DNA from: Nanobdellati archaeon
GTDB taxonomy: Archaea; EX4484-52; GLR71
Assembly: GCA_019429005.1 (NCBI GenBank)
Contig: JAHYJR010000001.1
Coordinates: forward strand, 14,271 to 78,270
Length of the DNA: 64,000 nucleotides
Direction of reading: 5' to 3'
Under the pieces are notes generated by a model. It searched no databases. It was not told the origin of the DNA and saw only the letters and a program-made list of their open reading frames with translations. Position numbers and translations under genes: made by a program. The number at the start of each line of letters is the position of its first letter. Position 1 is the first letter of the stretch. This document shows positions 1 to 8,417 of the stretch, piece after piece.

Positions 1-1
1 A

Positions 2-214
2 AGAGAACTTCCTGAAGATCTTAGAAATCTTATGGTAAAAGCTGTAAACATAAAAGACCATATGGAAAACAACAAAAAAGATTTAAGATCAAAAAGAGGT
101 CTTAACCTTGTTGAAGCAAAAATCAGAAGACTAGGTAAATATTATACTAAAACAAAAGTATTGGCTCCAAAATGGGTATATAATCCAAAGAGAGCAAAAA
201 TTGCAATACAGTGA
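2..214 (+). CDS. rps15: 30S ribosomal protein S15P/S13e, C-terminal part (5' end lies upstream of the window)
   Basis: Open frame from the window edge: ELPEDLRNLMVKAVNIKDHMENNKKDLRSKRGLNLVEAKIRRLGKYY matches the conserved S15 C-terminal helix (SKRGL..E.KIRRL..YY). TGA at 212-214. Confidence 0.8.
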   Translation, partial: RELPEDLRNLMVKAVNIKDHMENNKKDLRSKRGLNLVEAKIRRLGKYYTKTKVLAPKWVYNPKRAKIAIQ

Positions 215-250
215 TCTTTTAGATCACATTTTTTCTTTTTTTTCTTTTTA
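215..250. terminator. Hairpin (tGATCTtttAGATCa) followed by a long T-run, between convergent rps15 and the minus-strand transporter
   Basis: Inverted repeat at 212-226 immediately followed by tttttctttttttttcttttt. Archaeal terminators are oligo-T tracts. Confidence 0.45.
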
Positions 251-256
251 TTAAAG

Positions 257-1420
257 CTATTCTTTTACCAAAAATATATAGAATAAACTAAATATTGACG
301 CAATAATAAAAGATAAAATAAAAGGATAAAACTCAAAATAAAATATTACCATTAAAATAGGCATAAAAACACACCTACTAAGATTATAAATTATTTCTCT
401 CTGAACAATAAATTTAAAATAATCTCTTTTTACAGCAACATCATAAAGATACGCAGACCATGGAATAATCAATACTTTTTCAGAGAAATTTTTATATGAA
501 TCAACAATAAACACCTTAAATGGCGTATTTACAAAAATCCGTCCAATCCAACCTATAAAATAAAAAATTGTTGCAAACTTAAGCACCTTTCGCTTATCAA
601 AATGATCTGTCATAACACCTATAAAATAAAATAAAAATAATGAAAAGACCAATGATGCTGAAAACACAAGACCTACAGATTCTATATCTAACATCAAAAT
701 TATTAAAAATATAGGCCATATAACACGACCAATTATAGACTCGATTGCATATCCTGAAAAACTTAATAACATGTTACGATCTGTAACAGATGAAATTAAA
801 CCTAACAATCCTAAATTTTCAAAATGCACCTTTTCATAAGAATCTTTTGTCATAAATAAAGGGAATACCGAAATAATAAGAATTATTGAACCAAAAACAA
901 AAAGAGGAGAATAACCAAATAAACCAATAATAATAGCACCAATAAACGGTGCACAAACACTTGAAATCATAGATAACATATAGATTAATGCAAGCTCACG
1001 ACCACGTTTACCTTTACTAGAATGTTCTACATAATTAAGATGAAATCCAAAATTAAACAATATCATCCTTAAAGAAAACAATATAGGTAAAATATAAAAT
1101 AAGAGTGGAAACACTACAATATATTGCAAACCAAAATAATAACTAACAAGAAAAAATGTACTAACAAATATAGAATGCTTAACACCAAACCTTGAAATAA
1201 ATCTCGCACCCATAAACGAAAATACAACAAAACTTACTGAAATCATAAAAAAATAAAAAATTATAGATACTATTGAAAACCCTAAATTATACAAATAAAT
1301 AGGAACAAAAATAGATATCAAACTTTCAGCAAAAGACATAATTGAAAAAGACAAATAGATTTCATCCATATCCTTATTTTTAAAAAAATCATGTATTGCA
1401 TGATGTGAATAAAAAGACAT
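257..1420 (-). CDS. Polytopic membrane transporter, MFS-like (about 12 predicted TM segments)
   Basis: 387-aa uninterrupted ORF in an AT-rich genome. Hydrophobic segments alternate with short charged loops (e.g. GARFISRFGVKH, SKGKRGRE). No diagnostic motif beyond MFS-like topology. Confidence 0.45.
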   Translation of the reverse strand: MSFYSHHAIHDFFKNKDMDEIYLSFSIMSFAESLISIFVPIYLYNLGFSIVSIIFYFFMISVSFVVFSFMGARFISRFGVKHSIFVSTFFLVSYYFGLQYIVVFPLLFYILPILFSLRMILFNFGFHLNYVEHSSKGKRGRELALIYMLSMISSVCAPFIGAIIIGLFGYSPLFVFGSIILIISVFPLFMTKDSYEKVHFENLGLLGLISSVTDRNMLLSFSGYAIESIIGRVIWPIFLIILMLDIESVGLVFSASLVFSLFLFYFIGVMTDHFDKRKVLKFATIFYFIGWIGRIFVNTPFKVFIVDSYKNFSEKVLIIPWSAYLYDVAVKRDYFKFIVQREIIYNLSRCVFMPILMVIFYFEFYPFILSFIIASIFSLFYIFLVKE

Positions 1421-1440
1421 AGACTAAATAAGTGTTAAAT

Positions 1441-1576
1441 AACATATAAATCTTAAATTAAATATAAATCTTAAATTAAATATAAATCTTAAATTAAATA
1501 TAAATCTTAAATTAAATATAAATCTTAAATTAAATATAAATCTTAAATTAAATATAAATCTTAAATTAAATATAAA
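1441..1576. repeat. Tandem direct repeat, about 7.5 copies of an 18-bp unit tcttaaattaaatataaa
   Basis: Copies start at 1451, 1469, 1487, 1505, 1523, 1541 and 1559, perfect. Lies in the divergent intergenic region between the 257-1420 and 1623-3002 genes. Each unit carries a TATA-like aaatataaa. Confidence 0.9.
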
Positions 1577-1622
1577 TCATAAAAAACATAATACTTTAAT
1601 ATCTACACACAACAAAATATTG

Positions 1623-3002
1623 ATGATACATCAAAAAATAGAAGATATTTCTAAACTTGCTGCAAAAAAAATTATAGATGAAAAAGGTAAAATTCTTATA
1701 GTTTCACATTTTGATGCAGATGGTATCTGTGCAGGGTCTTTAGCATACAAAGCATTAGGTAATATTGGGAAAAAATGTGATATCCAATTTATAAAACAGC
1801 TTGAACTGGACATTTTAAAAGAAATTGCAAAGGTTGATGCCGATTTATTCTGGTTTACAGACCTTGGAAGTGGACAAATAAATAATATTAACAAATACAT
1901 TAAAGGTAAAAAAATCATAATAACAGATCACCATAATATAGATAACACAAAATCTGAAAATAATGAAAATGATATTATCCATATAAACCCACATCTTGTA
2001 GATATCGACGGTACAGACGAAATAAGTGGTGCGGGAACAACATATATATTAGCCTCAAAAATATCAAAAGACATTGATGAATTCATATACCTTGCATTAG
2101 CAGGTGCGGTAGGAGACATACAAAAGAAAAATGGCATATTTAAATCATTAAATAAAAAAATATTAAAAAAAGCTATAAAACTCAAAAGAATCAATGCAAA
2201 TAAAGGATTACGACTTTTTGGACGAAGTAGCAAACCATTACACAAATGTCTACAATATTGCAGAGAACCAAAAATACCAAAAATTGCAGACAATGAAATG
2301 AAAGCCATAAAATTCATAAAAAACTTAAATATCCCAATAAAACAAACAAATGGCGAATGGACAAGGTTAATTGATCTTGACAAAAAACAAGAAACCGAAT
2401 TGTCAACAGCGATATTACTTGCAGCAAATGTAACATCAAATGAAACCCATATTATCGGTTGTGTGTATATACTTCCCAATAATTTTGAGATACGTGAATT
2501 TGCAACGATGTTAAATGCATGTGGTCGAATGGGTAAATCTGAAGAAGGTATGAAACTTTGCCTAAATATGCGAAACTCTATTGATGATATACTTATTGAT
2601 TATAAACGTAAAATTGCAGAATCACTCACATGGGCATCACAAAATAAAGATGCAATAACAAAAACAGACATAGCGTCCTACCTAATCGCAAAAAACAATA
2701 TAGATGATAATTTTATAGGTACTGTAATCTCAATCCAATCCTATTCTAAAACCGATAGATATATCTTGATAGGGCTAGCAGATAGTGATAATGGTATAAA
2801 GGTCTCTGGAAGAGTTTCAGATAACCTTAAAAATAAGATTAATTTGGGTGCAGCACTAAAAAAAGTGTCTGAAGAGCTAAAAGGCGAAGGTGGTGGACAT
2901 AATCTTGCAGGTGGTGCAAAAATACCGAAAGGTAGTGAAGAAAGATTTATAAAATTGTTGGATAACTTATTAAAAGAACAATTAAATAATAATAGTTCTT
3001 AA
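1623..3002 (+). CDS. DHH-family phosphoesterase, archaeal RecJ/GAN (Cdc45-like) nuclease homolog
   Basis: N-terminal DHH motifs (IVSHFDADGICAGSLAYKAL; IITDHH) and a C-terminal DHHA1-like GGGH..AGG region. Size of about 460 aa is typical of archaeal RecJ-like/GAN proteins. ORF-track start 1620 is TTG; ATG at 1623. Confidence 0.7.
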   Translation: MIHQKIEDISKLAAKKIIDEKGKILIVSHFDADGICAGSLAYKALGNIGKKCDIQFIKQLELDILKEIAKVDADLFWFTDLGSGQINNINKYIKGKKIIITDHHNIDNTKSENNENDIIHINPHLVDIDGTDEISGAGTTYILASKISKDIDEFIYLALAGAVGDIQKKNGIFKSLNKKILKKAIKLKRINANKGLRLFGRSSKPLHKCLQYCREPKIPKIADNEMKAIKFIKNLNIPIKQTNGEWTRLIDLDKKQETELSTAILLAANVTSNETHIIGCVYILPNNFEIREFATMLNACGRMGKSEEGMKLCLNMRNSIDDILIDYKRKIAESLTWASQNKDAITKTDIASYLIAKNNIDDNFIGTVISIQSYSKTDRYILIGLADSDNGIKVSGRVSDNLKNKINLGAALKKVSEELKGEGGGHNLAGGAKIPKGSEERFIKLLDNLLKEQLNNNSS

Positions 3003-3057
3003 TATATTATAATTAGAAAATCATTACGTATAAACAAAATATCTGAGATGTTTACGC

Positions 3058-3708
3058 ATGGCAAGAAAAACAATAATCAAAAAAAAGATACAGAAAGTAT
3101 GGTATGATATCATCGCACCTAAAATGTTTGATAATAAAAAAGTTGGAAGTACAACTTCATCAAACAAAGATCACTTAAATAACAGAATATTGAAAATACC
3201 TTTAAACGAAATTACAGGCAATTTCAAGCATTTTTATATAAATATAGTTTTAAGAATAAAAGAAGTTACTGAAAATTCAGCTATTGCAGATTATATAGGT
3301 CAAACAATAAGAGATGATAAAATATTAAGACTCGTAAACAGATGGAGTTCTAGAATTGACTCAATTGATGATATTACAACAAAAGATAACAAAAAGATTA
3401 GAGTAAAAAGCATAGCTGTAACAAGAAGAAAAGTCAATACAACAATAAAGAGTAAAATTAGATTACTCGTTTCAGAAAAAATGAAAAATTATTGTGAAAC
3501 TAACAATTTAGAACAAATTGTAAACAGTATAAATAATACAGATATACAAAAAATAATAACAAAAGAAGCAAAAAAAATATATCCTCTAAAAGCTATTGAA
3601 GTTCGAAAAATTGAAGTGCTTAACCCACGAAAAAAAGTTATAAAAATGGCACAACCTAAAACAGATAATATCTCAATAGACAAAGAAACAACATCTATAG
3701 AAGCTTGA
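3058..3708 (+). CDS. rps3ae: 30S ribosomal protein S3Ae (S1e)
   Basis: MARKTIIKKKIQKVWYDIIAPKMF... matches the S3Ae N-terminus (KK..W..I.AP.MF). Length 216 aa as expected. Confidence 0.8.
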   Translation: MARKTIIKKKIQKVWYDIIAPKMFDNKKVGSTTSSNKDHLNNRILKIPLNEITGNFKHFYINIVLRIKEVTENSAIADYIGQTIRDDKILRLVNRWSSRIDSIDDITTKDNKKIRVKSIAVTRRKVNTTIKSKIRLLVSEKMKNYCETNNLEQIVNSINNTDIQKIITKEAKKIYPLKAIEVRKIEVLNPRKKVIKMAQPKTDNISIDKETTSIEA

Positions 3709-3859
3709 TTAAATCAAGCAATCTATTTATTTTTTAATCTAATTAAGCTTTAAATAATAAATTTAAAGTATATATAATAACAAAAACCAAATATACAACA
3801 GATTTATTATTAATGCTAAAGACTATATCGAAAAAGATTTACTTTTTGCAATAAAAGCA

Positions 3860-4237
3860 ATGATAATTCTGTTTAATTCTAAATTAGGTCTCGAAACAGT
3901 AATACATCACATATCAACCGAAAAGTATGGTAAAATATCTCAAAACTTCAAAACAGTTCTTAATGACATTAAAAATGGTTATTCTATTAGAAAAGCACTT
4001 GAAAAATTAAGAAATGAAACAAAATCAACAAATTTTAAAAGAATTATTGATGCACTTGAAACTTGTGAAAACAATGACACAGATATATCAAAACGCTTAG
4101 AAAACATATCACAGCATATACTTGATGAGAAAAAAATAGAAATCAATATTTTTAATGAACGTCTAAATGTAATTCTTACAACATTTACAATAATATTACT
4201 TATACCAATAATAACACAAACGTTCAAACTTATGTAA
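3860..4237 (+). CDS. Type II secretion system F-domain (TadB/TadC/FlaJ-like) pilus platform protein fragment, single T2SSF domain plus one C-terminal TM helix
   Basis: FKTVLNDIKNGYSIRKALEKL...FKRIIDALETCENNDTDISKRLENISQHI fits the T2SSF helix / G.sl..AL / GE..G.l pattern. Sits directly upstream of a second T2SSF fragment and a secretion ATPase. Confidence 0.5.
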   Translation: MIILFNSKLGLETVIHHISTEKYGKISQNFKTVLNDIKNGYSIRKALEKLRNETKSTNFKRIIDALETCENNDTDISKRLENISQHILDEKKIEINIFNERLNVILTTFTIILLIPIITQTFKLM

Positions 4238-4368
4238 ACAATAACAAGCACAACACTCTTTAATATAATCACAATACATGATAACATATACATGTTCATA
4301 TTTATTTCAGATATTATTGTATTATTAGCCTTTATTCCTATAATAAAAATTACAGAACCGGTGATATA

Positions 4369-5049
4369 ATGTTAATTGAGATATTTTTTATATCAATAAT
4401 GACCTACATTTCATATAAATTTAAAATTGAAAAAAAACAAGAATTTGAATTATCTTTACTTGATAAACTTGAAGACATAGCGGATAATATAGACTCCAGA
4501 GATTCAATAAATACTGCAATTAAAAAAATAATTAAAGATAAAACATATAAAACGTCAAAATATCTTTAAAAAATAATATCAAATATTAATTCAGGAACAT
4601 CATTTGAAGATGCAATGAAAAATGCAGCAAAACATGAAAAATCACAATTAATTGAAAATGTTGCAGCAATTTTAATCATTTCTGAAAAAACAAATGAAAA
4701 TCTTACAAAAGTACTAAGATCTTTATCAAACCAATTGCGTGATATACATATATTAAAACTAGAACGGATTAAAAAAACAAAAATAACTTCAATGACACAA
4801 TTTATATTAGGTTCTTTTGCTATGCCTTTTATGTTAACCTATATGAATAGAATGTTTGAACTAACTACAACACCATTCCTTATAAATTTCCTATTAATTA
4901 TTGCTATAATTTCATCAATTATCTCAGCAGTATCAAAAGGAAATAGTTTTGAAAGTGCATACTTTATACCAATAGGATTTATAGTTTCGCTCATAATTAT
5001 AACAATAATAACAGGAACAATTCCATATTTTGAAAATATAACACTTTAG
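4369..5049 (+). pseudogene. Second T2SSF-domain platform protein (TadC/FlaJ-like C-terminal half) interrupted by an in-frame TAA at 4567-4569
   Basis: ORFs 4369-4569 and 4615-5049 share one reading frame. Reading through gives ...KTSKYL*KIISNINSGTSFEDAMKNAAKHEKSQLIENVAAILIISEKTNENLTKVLRSL, where the stop falls between helix 1 and the conserved G.sfedAm motif of one T2SSF domain. TM helices follow. Confidence 0.45.
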
Positions 5050-5060
5050 GGTTTTAAATA

Positions 5061-6290
5061 ATGCAAGAGACACCTTCTTTTATCATTGAAAATTATGGTA
5101 ATGTAGGTATATACCAACAAAAAACGTTTGCTGGAATAGTATACACATATTACTTAAAAGAAATAATTCCAAATGAACTTGGAGAACTAAAAGATTTTTT
5201 AGAAGATGACAATCTTGAAGAAATTATGTATATTGGTCCTAAAAACTGTATAAAAGTAATCCATAAACGCTATGGAATGTGTAACACAAATGTATATATT
5301 GACGAAAAAAATAGTATTGAAATAATCAATAATCTTGCAGCACAATCGGGAAAAGTAATAAATCCAAATTATCCCATATTAAATGCACGATTAAAAGATG
5401 GTTCAAGAATAAACGCAACATTACCCCCTATATCAATACATGGACCAACAATGACAATACGAAAATTTAGAAGAGATGTAATAACAGTCCCTGAACTCAT
5501 AAAAGAAAATACAATAACATCTGAAGCTGCAGCATTTTTATGGTGTTGTATAGATGGGCTTGGCAATAAACCATGTAACATCTTATTTTCAGGAGGTACT
5601 ACAAGCGGAAAAACAACAAATCTTAATGCATTCTCAATGTTTATCCCTGCTGCATCTAGAATAATTACAATTGAAGACACCGCTGAATTACAATTACAAC
5701 ATGAACACTGTATCACACTTGAAACTGACGATAAAACAAATATAACTTCAGACATCATACTTAAAAACACTTTGAGGATGCATCCCGATCGACTTATCGT
5801 GGGTGAAGTTCGTGGTGAAGAAGCGCAAACGTTATTTAATGCAATGAACGCGGGACAAGAGGGTTGTATGGGTACAATCCCTGCCAACACATCAAAAGAA
5901 ACAATAAATCGTGTTATAAATCCACCAATGAATGTTCCGTCAAGCATGCTAACAGGATTAGATCTCATAATTATGCAACAACAAACAATCTCAAAACAAC
6001 ACATAACCAGACACATAACCGAAATAAGTGAGATAAGTGGTAGTGAAAATGGCATCCCTAGACTTAATACAATCTATAAGTGGAATCCAATAAACAGGAT
6101 TCTAGAATCTACAAATATCCCAAGCAGATTAAGAACAAAGATTTCTGAAGCCTCTGCAATAAACACAAAAGAATTTGACAAAATTTTAAAAGAAAGAACA
6201 GATATACTAAAAAGCCTATCACAAAAATCATATAATATAAAATACTTTCTTGAAACAATAAATATAAACATTTCAAAATATGAAAAATGA
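5061..6290 (+). CDS. Type II/IV secretion-system ATPase (TadA/CpaF/VirB11/FlaI superfamily), pilus assembly ATPase
   Basis: Walker A (FSGGTTSGKTT), an Asp box and Walker B (HPDRLIVGEVRGEEA), and a His box (NAGQEGCMGTIPAN), all diagnostic of the GspE/VirB11/TadA family. 409 aa is CpaF/TadA-like in size. Confidence 0.8.
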   Translation: MQETPSFIIENYGNVGIYQQKTFAGIVYTYYLKEIIPNELGELKDFLEDDNLEEIMYIGPKNCIKVIHKRYGMCNTNVYIDEKNSIEIINNLAAQSGKVINPNYPILNARLKDGSRINATLPPISIHGPTMTIRKFRRDVITVPELIKENTITSEAAAFLWCCIDGLGNKPCNILFSGGTTSGKTTNLNAFSMFIPAASRIITIEDTAELQLQHEHCITLETDDKTNITSDIILKNTLRMHPDRLIVGEVRGEEAQTLFNAMNAGQEGCMGTIPANTSKETINRVINPPMNVPSSMLTGLDLIIMQQQTISKQHITRHITEISEISGSENGIPRLNTIYKWNPINRILESTNIPSRLRTKISEASAINTKEFDKILKERTDILKSLSQKSYNIKYFLETININISKYEK

Positions 6291-6331
6291 TAGCCACAAA
6301 CATTTAAGTAAAAAACAACAAATAATATATT

Positions 6332-7705
6332 ATGGAAGAATATGTAAAACTTATCAAAAATGTACTTGATAAGATTAAACCAACTAATATTGAAATTAAA
6401 AAAAATAAAGATATGTATTCTAAAATCAAAGAATATATAGAATCAAAATTTAAAAAAAATGTCCTTCTTGTAGGTTCTGTTGGTAAAAAAACATTTATAT
6501 CTGGAGATAATGATCTTGATATATTCGTTTTCTTTAATATAAACACAACAAAAGACACTCTTGAAAAAGAAGGCCTAGATATTGGAAAAGATGTTTTCAA
6601 AAAGTTTAAAGGTCAATATACAATAAATTATGCAGAACATCCTTATGTAAAGGGAACAATTAACGGTTTTAAAATTGAAATCGTGCCTGCATACAACATA
6701 ACTTCTACTGAAGTACTCAAATCAGCTGTAGATCGAACACCATTCCACACACAATATGTTCTTGATAATTTGAAAAATCAAAATGATGTATTATTATTAA
6801 AACAATTCTTAAAAGGAATTGAATGTTATGGTTCAGACCTTAAAACACTTGGTTTCTCAGGATATCTTTGTGAATTGATTATTTTAAAATACAAAACATT
6901 TGAAAATACATTAAAAATTGCTCAATCATGGACTTATCAAGAAATCATAGATTTAGAAAATCATCACACAAATGAATTCTATAACAAGATAAAACAGACA
7001 TTCAAAGACCAACCCTTAATATTTATAGACCCCACAGATAAAAAACGAAACGTTGCTGCGGTATTATCAAAAGAAAAATTCTCAAGATTTATATTTATGG
7101 CAAGAATGTTTTTAGATGAACCAAAAAACACTTTTTTCTTTCCTAAAAAAATAAAAATAAATAAAGAAAAAATCATAAATGACTTAAAATTACGAAAAAC
7201 CAAACTAATTGTCATAATATTTAAAAAACCAAATGTTGTTGAAGACATACTTTATCCGCAACTAAGACGATTCAAACAACGTACAATAAATGTTCTTGAG
7301 AAAGAAGGATTCAACATTTTAAACGCACATGAATTTGCAGATGATGATTGTGGTATTTCAATAGAAACACATTATGGTCATCTTGAAAAATTTAAAGAAA
7401 CTCTAGGTCCAAGAATTTTTGACCCTTTAGATAACCAAGAAAAATTCACACAAAAACACAAAACAATATGGTTTAAAGAAGACAGATTCATATCAGAAAT
7501 AGAACGAAAACATTGCAAGATTGAGGATTTTATTAAAAACTGGCTTAAACAAGACCAATTTAATCTTGAAAAAGAAGGTGTTCCCCGAAATATTGCAGAA
7601 TCAATATCAAAAAGATTCAAAATAATACAAGATAACAATCTAATAAAAATAAAAAGTGATGAACTTTGGAAAGCGCATTTAAAAGAAAAAATAAAAGTAT
7701 ATTAA
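6332..7705 (+). CDS. cca: CCA-adding tRNA nucleotidyltransferase, archaeal class I
   Basis: Nucleotidyltransferase motif LLVGSVGKKTFISGDNDLDIFVFF and AEHPYVKGTINGFKIEIVPAY, with the archaeal CCA-enzyme head/neck organisation. 457 aa. Confidence 0.8.
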   Translation: MEEYVKLIKNVLDKIKPTNIEIKKNKDMYSKIKEYIESKFKKNVLLVGSVGKKTFISGDNDLDIFVFFNINTTKDTLEKEGLDIGKDVFKKFKGQYTINYAEHPYVKGTINGFKIEIVPAYNITSTEVLKSAVDRTPFHTQYVLDNLKNQNDVLLLKQFLKGIECYGSDLKTLGFSGYLCELIILKYKTFENTLKIAQSWTYQEIIDLENHHTNEFYNKIKQTFKDQPLIFIDPTDKKRNVAAVLSKEKFSRFIFMARMFLDEPKNTFFFPKKIKINKEKIINDLKLRKTKLIVIIFKKPNVVEDILYPQLRRFKQRTINVLEKEGFNILNAHEFADDDCGISIETHYGHLEKFKETLGPRIFDPLDNQEKFTQKHKTIWFKEDRFISEIERKHCKIEDFIKNWLKQDQFNLEKEGVPRNIAESISKRFKIIQDNNLIKIKSDELWKAHLKEKIKVY

Positions 7706-7712
7706 AAAATAA

Positions 7713-7967
7713 TTAAATCAGTGTACTACTCACTAATTCAACATCAGATATCTCTTCGATTTGATTTATTTTGTCTTCAAGTTCGCCTATACCACCATCA
7801 GAATCTTCAGTCACAAACATTACAGTAAGTGAATTAAGACCAAATGCAATAGGTTCAATTTTAGAATCTTGAATTTTCATAATTTCACTAACTTTAGAAA
7901 TAAGATTATTCATATCAACCTCAGGAGAGGTAGGCATAATTTTAAATGTTGTTGCGACTTTACCCAT
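7713..7967 (-). CDS. ef1b: Translation elongation factor aEF-1 beta
   Basis: MGKVATTFKIMPTSPEVDMNNL...EPIAFGLNSLTVMFVTEDSDGGIGELEDKI matches the aEF-1beta consensus (KIMPESPEVD...IAFGLKAL). ORF-track start 7976 is GTG; in-frame ATG at 7967 gives the canonical N-terminus. Confidence 0.8.
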   Translation of the reverse strand: MGKVATTFKIMPTSPEVDMNNLISKVSEIMKIQDSKIEPIAFGLNSLTVMFVTEDSDGGIGELEDKINQIEEISDVELVSSTLI

Positions 7968-7985
7968 AAATATCACCAGTAAGAA

Positions 7986-8150
7986 TTACGGACCGTTAAA
8001 GCCACATTTTTTACAGATATAATCATTTGAAAGAGTTTTACACTTTGAACATCTGCATATTACAACCTCATCACACTTAGGACAAGAAAATTTGGAGAAG
8101 TGTTCTCCCGAAAATATTTCTGAATTACATGTTGTACATTTTAATGTCAT
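7986..8150 (-). CDS. Small Zn-ribbon protein (COG2888-like RNA-binding Zn-ribbon, commonly adjacent to aEF-1beta in archaea)
   Basis: 54-aa ORF, below the ORF-track cutoff: MTLKCTTCNSEIFSGEHFSKFSCPKCDEVVICRCSKCKTLSNDYICKKCGFNGP. Four CxxC pairs. Lies immediately downstream of ef1b on the same strand. Confidence 0.6.
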   Translation of the reverse strand: MTLKCTTCNSEIFSGEHFSKFSCPKCDEVVICRCSKCKTLSNDYICKKCGFNGP

Positions 8151-8239
8151 ACTTAACACCATTTTTAAAAATTATCTTTTAAACAAACAACATTTATAAG
8201 CAAATCTTTATATATTCTATTACAACTCAAAAATATAAT

Positions 8240-8344
8240 GCCTGTATAGGGTCATTTGGATATCCTAAAGCCCTGCGAAGACTTTAACGCGAGTTCAAAA
8301 GACAGAAATTAAAATATCTGTCTGAATACATCTCGCTCCGAGCA
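8240..8344 (+). ncRNA. tRNA-like structured element (possible intron-containing, split or pseudo-tRNA; anticodon-arm candidate GCG)
   Basis: A GC-containing island in an AT-rich intergenic region. It has a D-arm-like hairpin GGGT-CATTTGGAT-ATCC, an anticodon-arm-like AAGCC-CTGCGAA-GACTT, and a perfect T-arm GCGAG-TTCAAA[31-nt hairpin insert]T-CTCGC. The flanking 7-mers GCCTGTA and TCCGAGC do not pair as an acceptor stem. Confidence 0.25.
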
Positions 8345-8417
8345 TTAAGTACTATACATTACAAAAAAATAAGCAAAATATAAATATACAACATCATAAA
8401 TATTATCAGTTGATTAT

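Noticed and set aside
1441-1576. Possible CRISPR array (regular short repeats)
   Set aside because: The units are directly tandem with no unique spacers between them. The same applies to the 26-bp array at 31306-31436. No cas genes are present in the window. These are minisatellites, not CRISPR.
1631-2479. Minus-strand ORFs 1631-1918 and 1928-2479 inside the RecJ/GAN-like gene
   Set aside because: They lie antisense to a well-supported conserved CDS and have low-complexity hydrophobic translations typical of AT-rich antisense frames. The same reasoning applies to 5369-6055, 6074-6303, 6979-7638, 11746-12150, 13393-13605, 14035-14241, 17457-17732, 21013-21392, 22366-22605, 23524-24160, 24579-24785, 25611-25802, 26340-26624, 26680-26982, 27444-28277, 28551-28748, 28801-29031, 29408-29593, 30270-30726, 31486-32307, 33282-34574, 34832-35254, 36164-36985, 37030-37236, 38211-38489, 39238-39712, 41541-41771, 43897-44207, 44363-45584, 48375-49074, 51443-51667, 53777-53998, 54619-54931, 56368-56568, 57013-57838, 58151-58405, 59553-59864, 61658-61885, 62537-62764 and 63466-63654.
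4567-4569. In-frame TAA as evidence of an alternative genetic code
   Set aside because: All conserved genes in the window (ATP synthase subunits, RNR, tgtA, cca and others) terminate with standard stops and show no other internal stops. A single event is better explained by pseudogenisation or error.
6304-6600. 98-aa minus-strand ORF overlapping the start of cca
   Set aside because: It overlaps the 5' end of a strongly supported CCA-enzyme gene on the opposite strand and has no homology. It is likely spurious.
8240-8344. Calling this a complete canonical tRNA-Arg(GCG)
   Set aside because: The D-, anticodon- and T-arm-like modules exist, but the flanking 7-mers (GCCTGTA/TCCGAGC) cannot form an acceptor stem. 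It is kept only as a low-confidence tRNA-like element or possible split or pseudo-tRNA.
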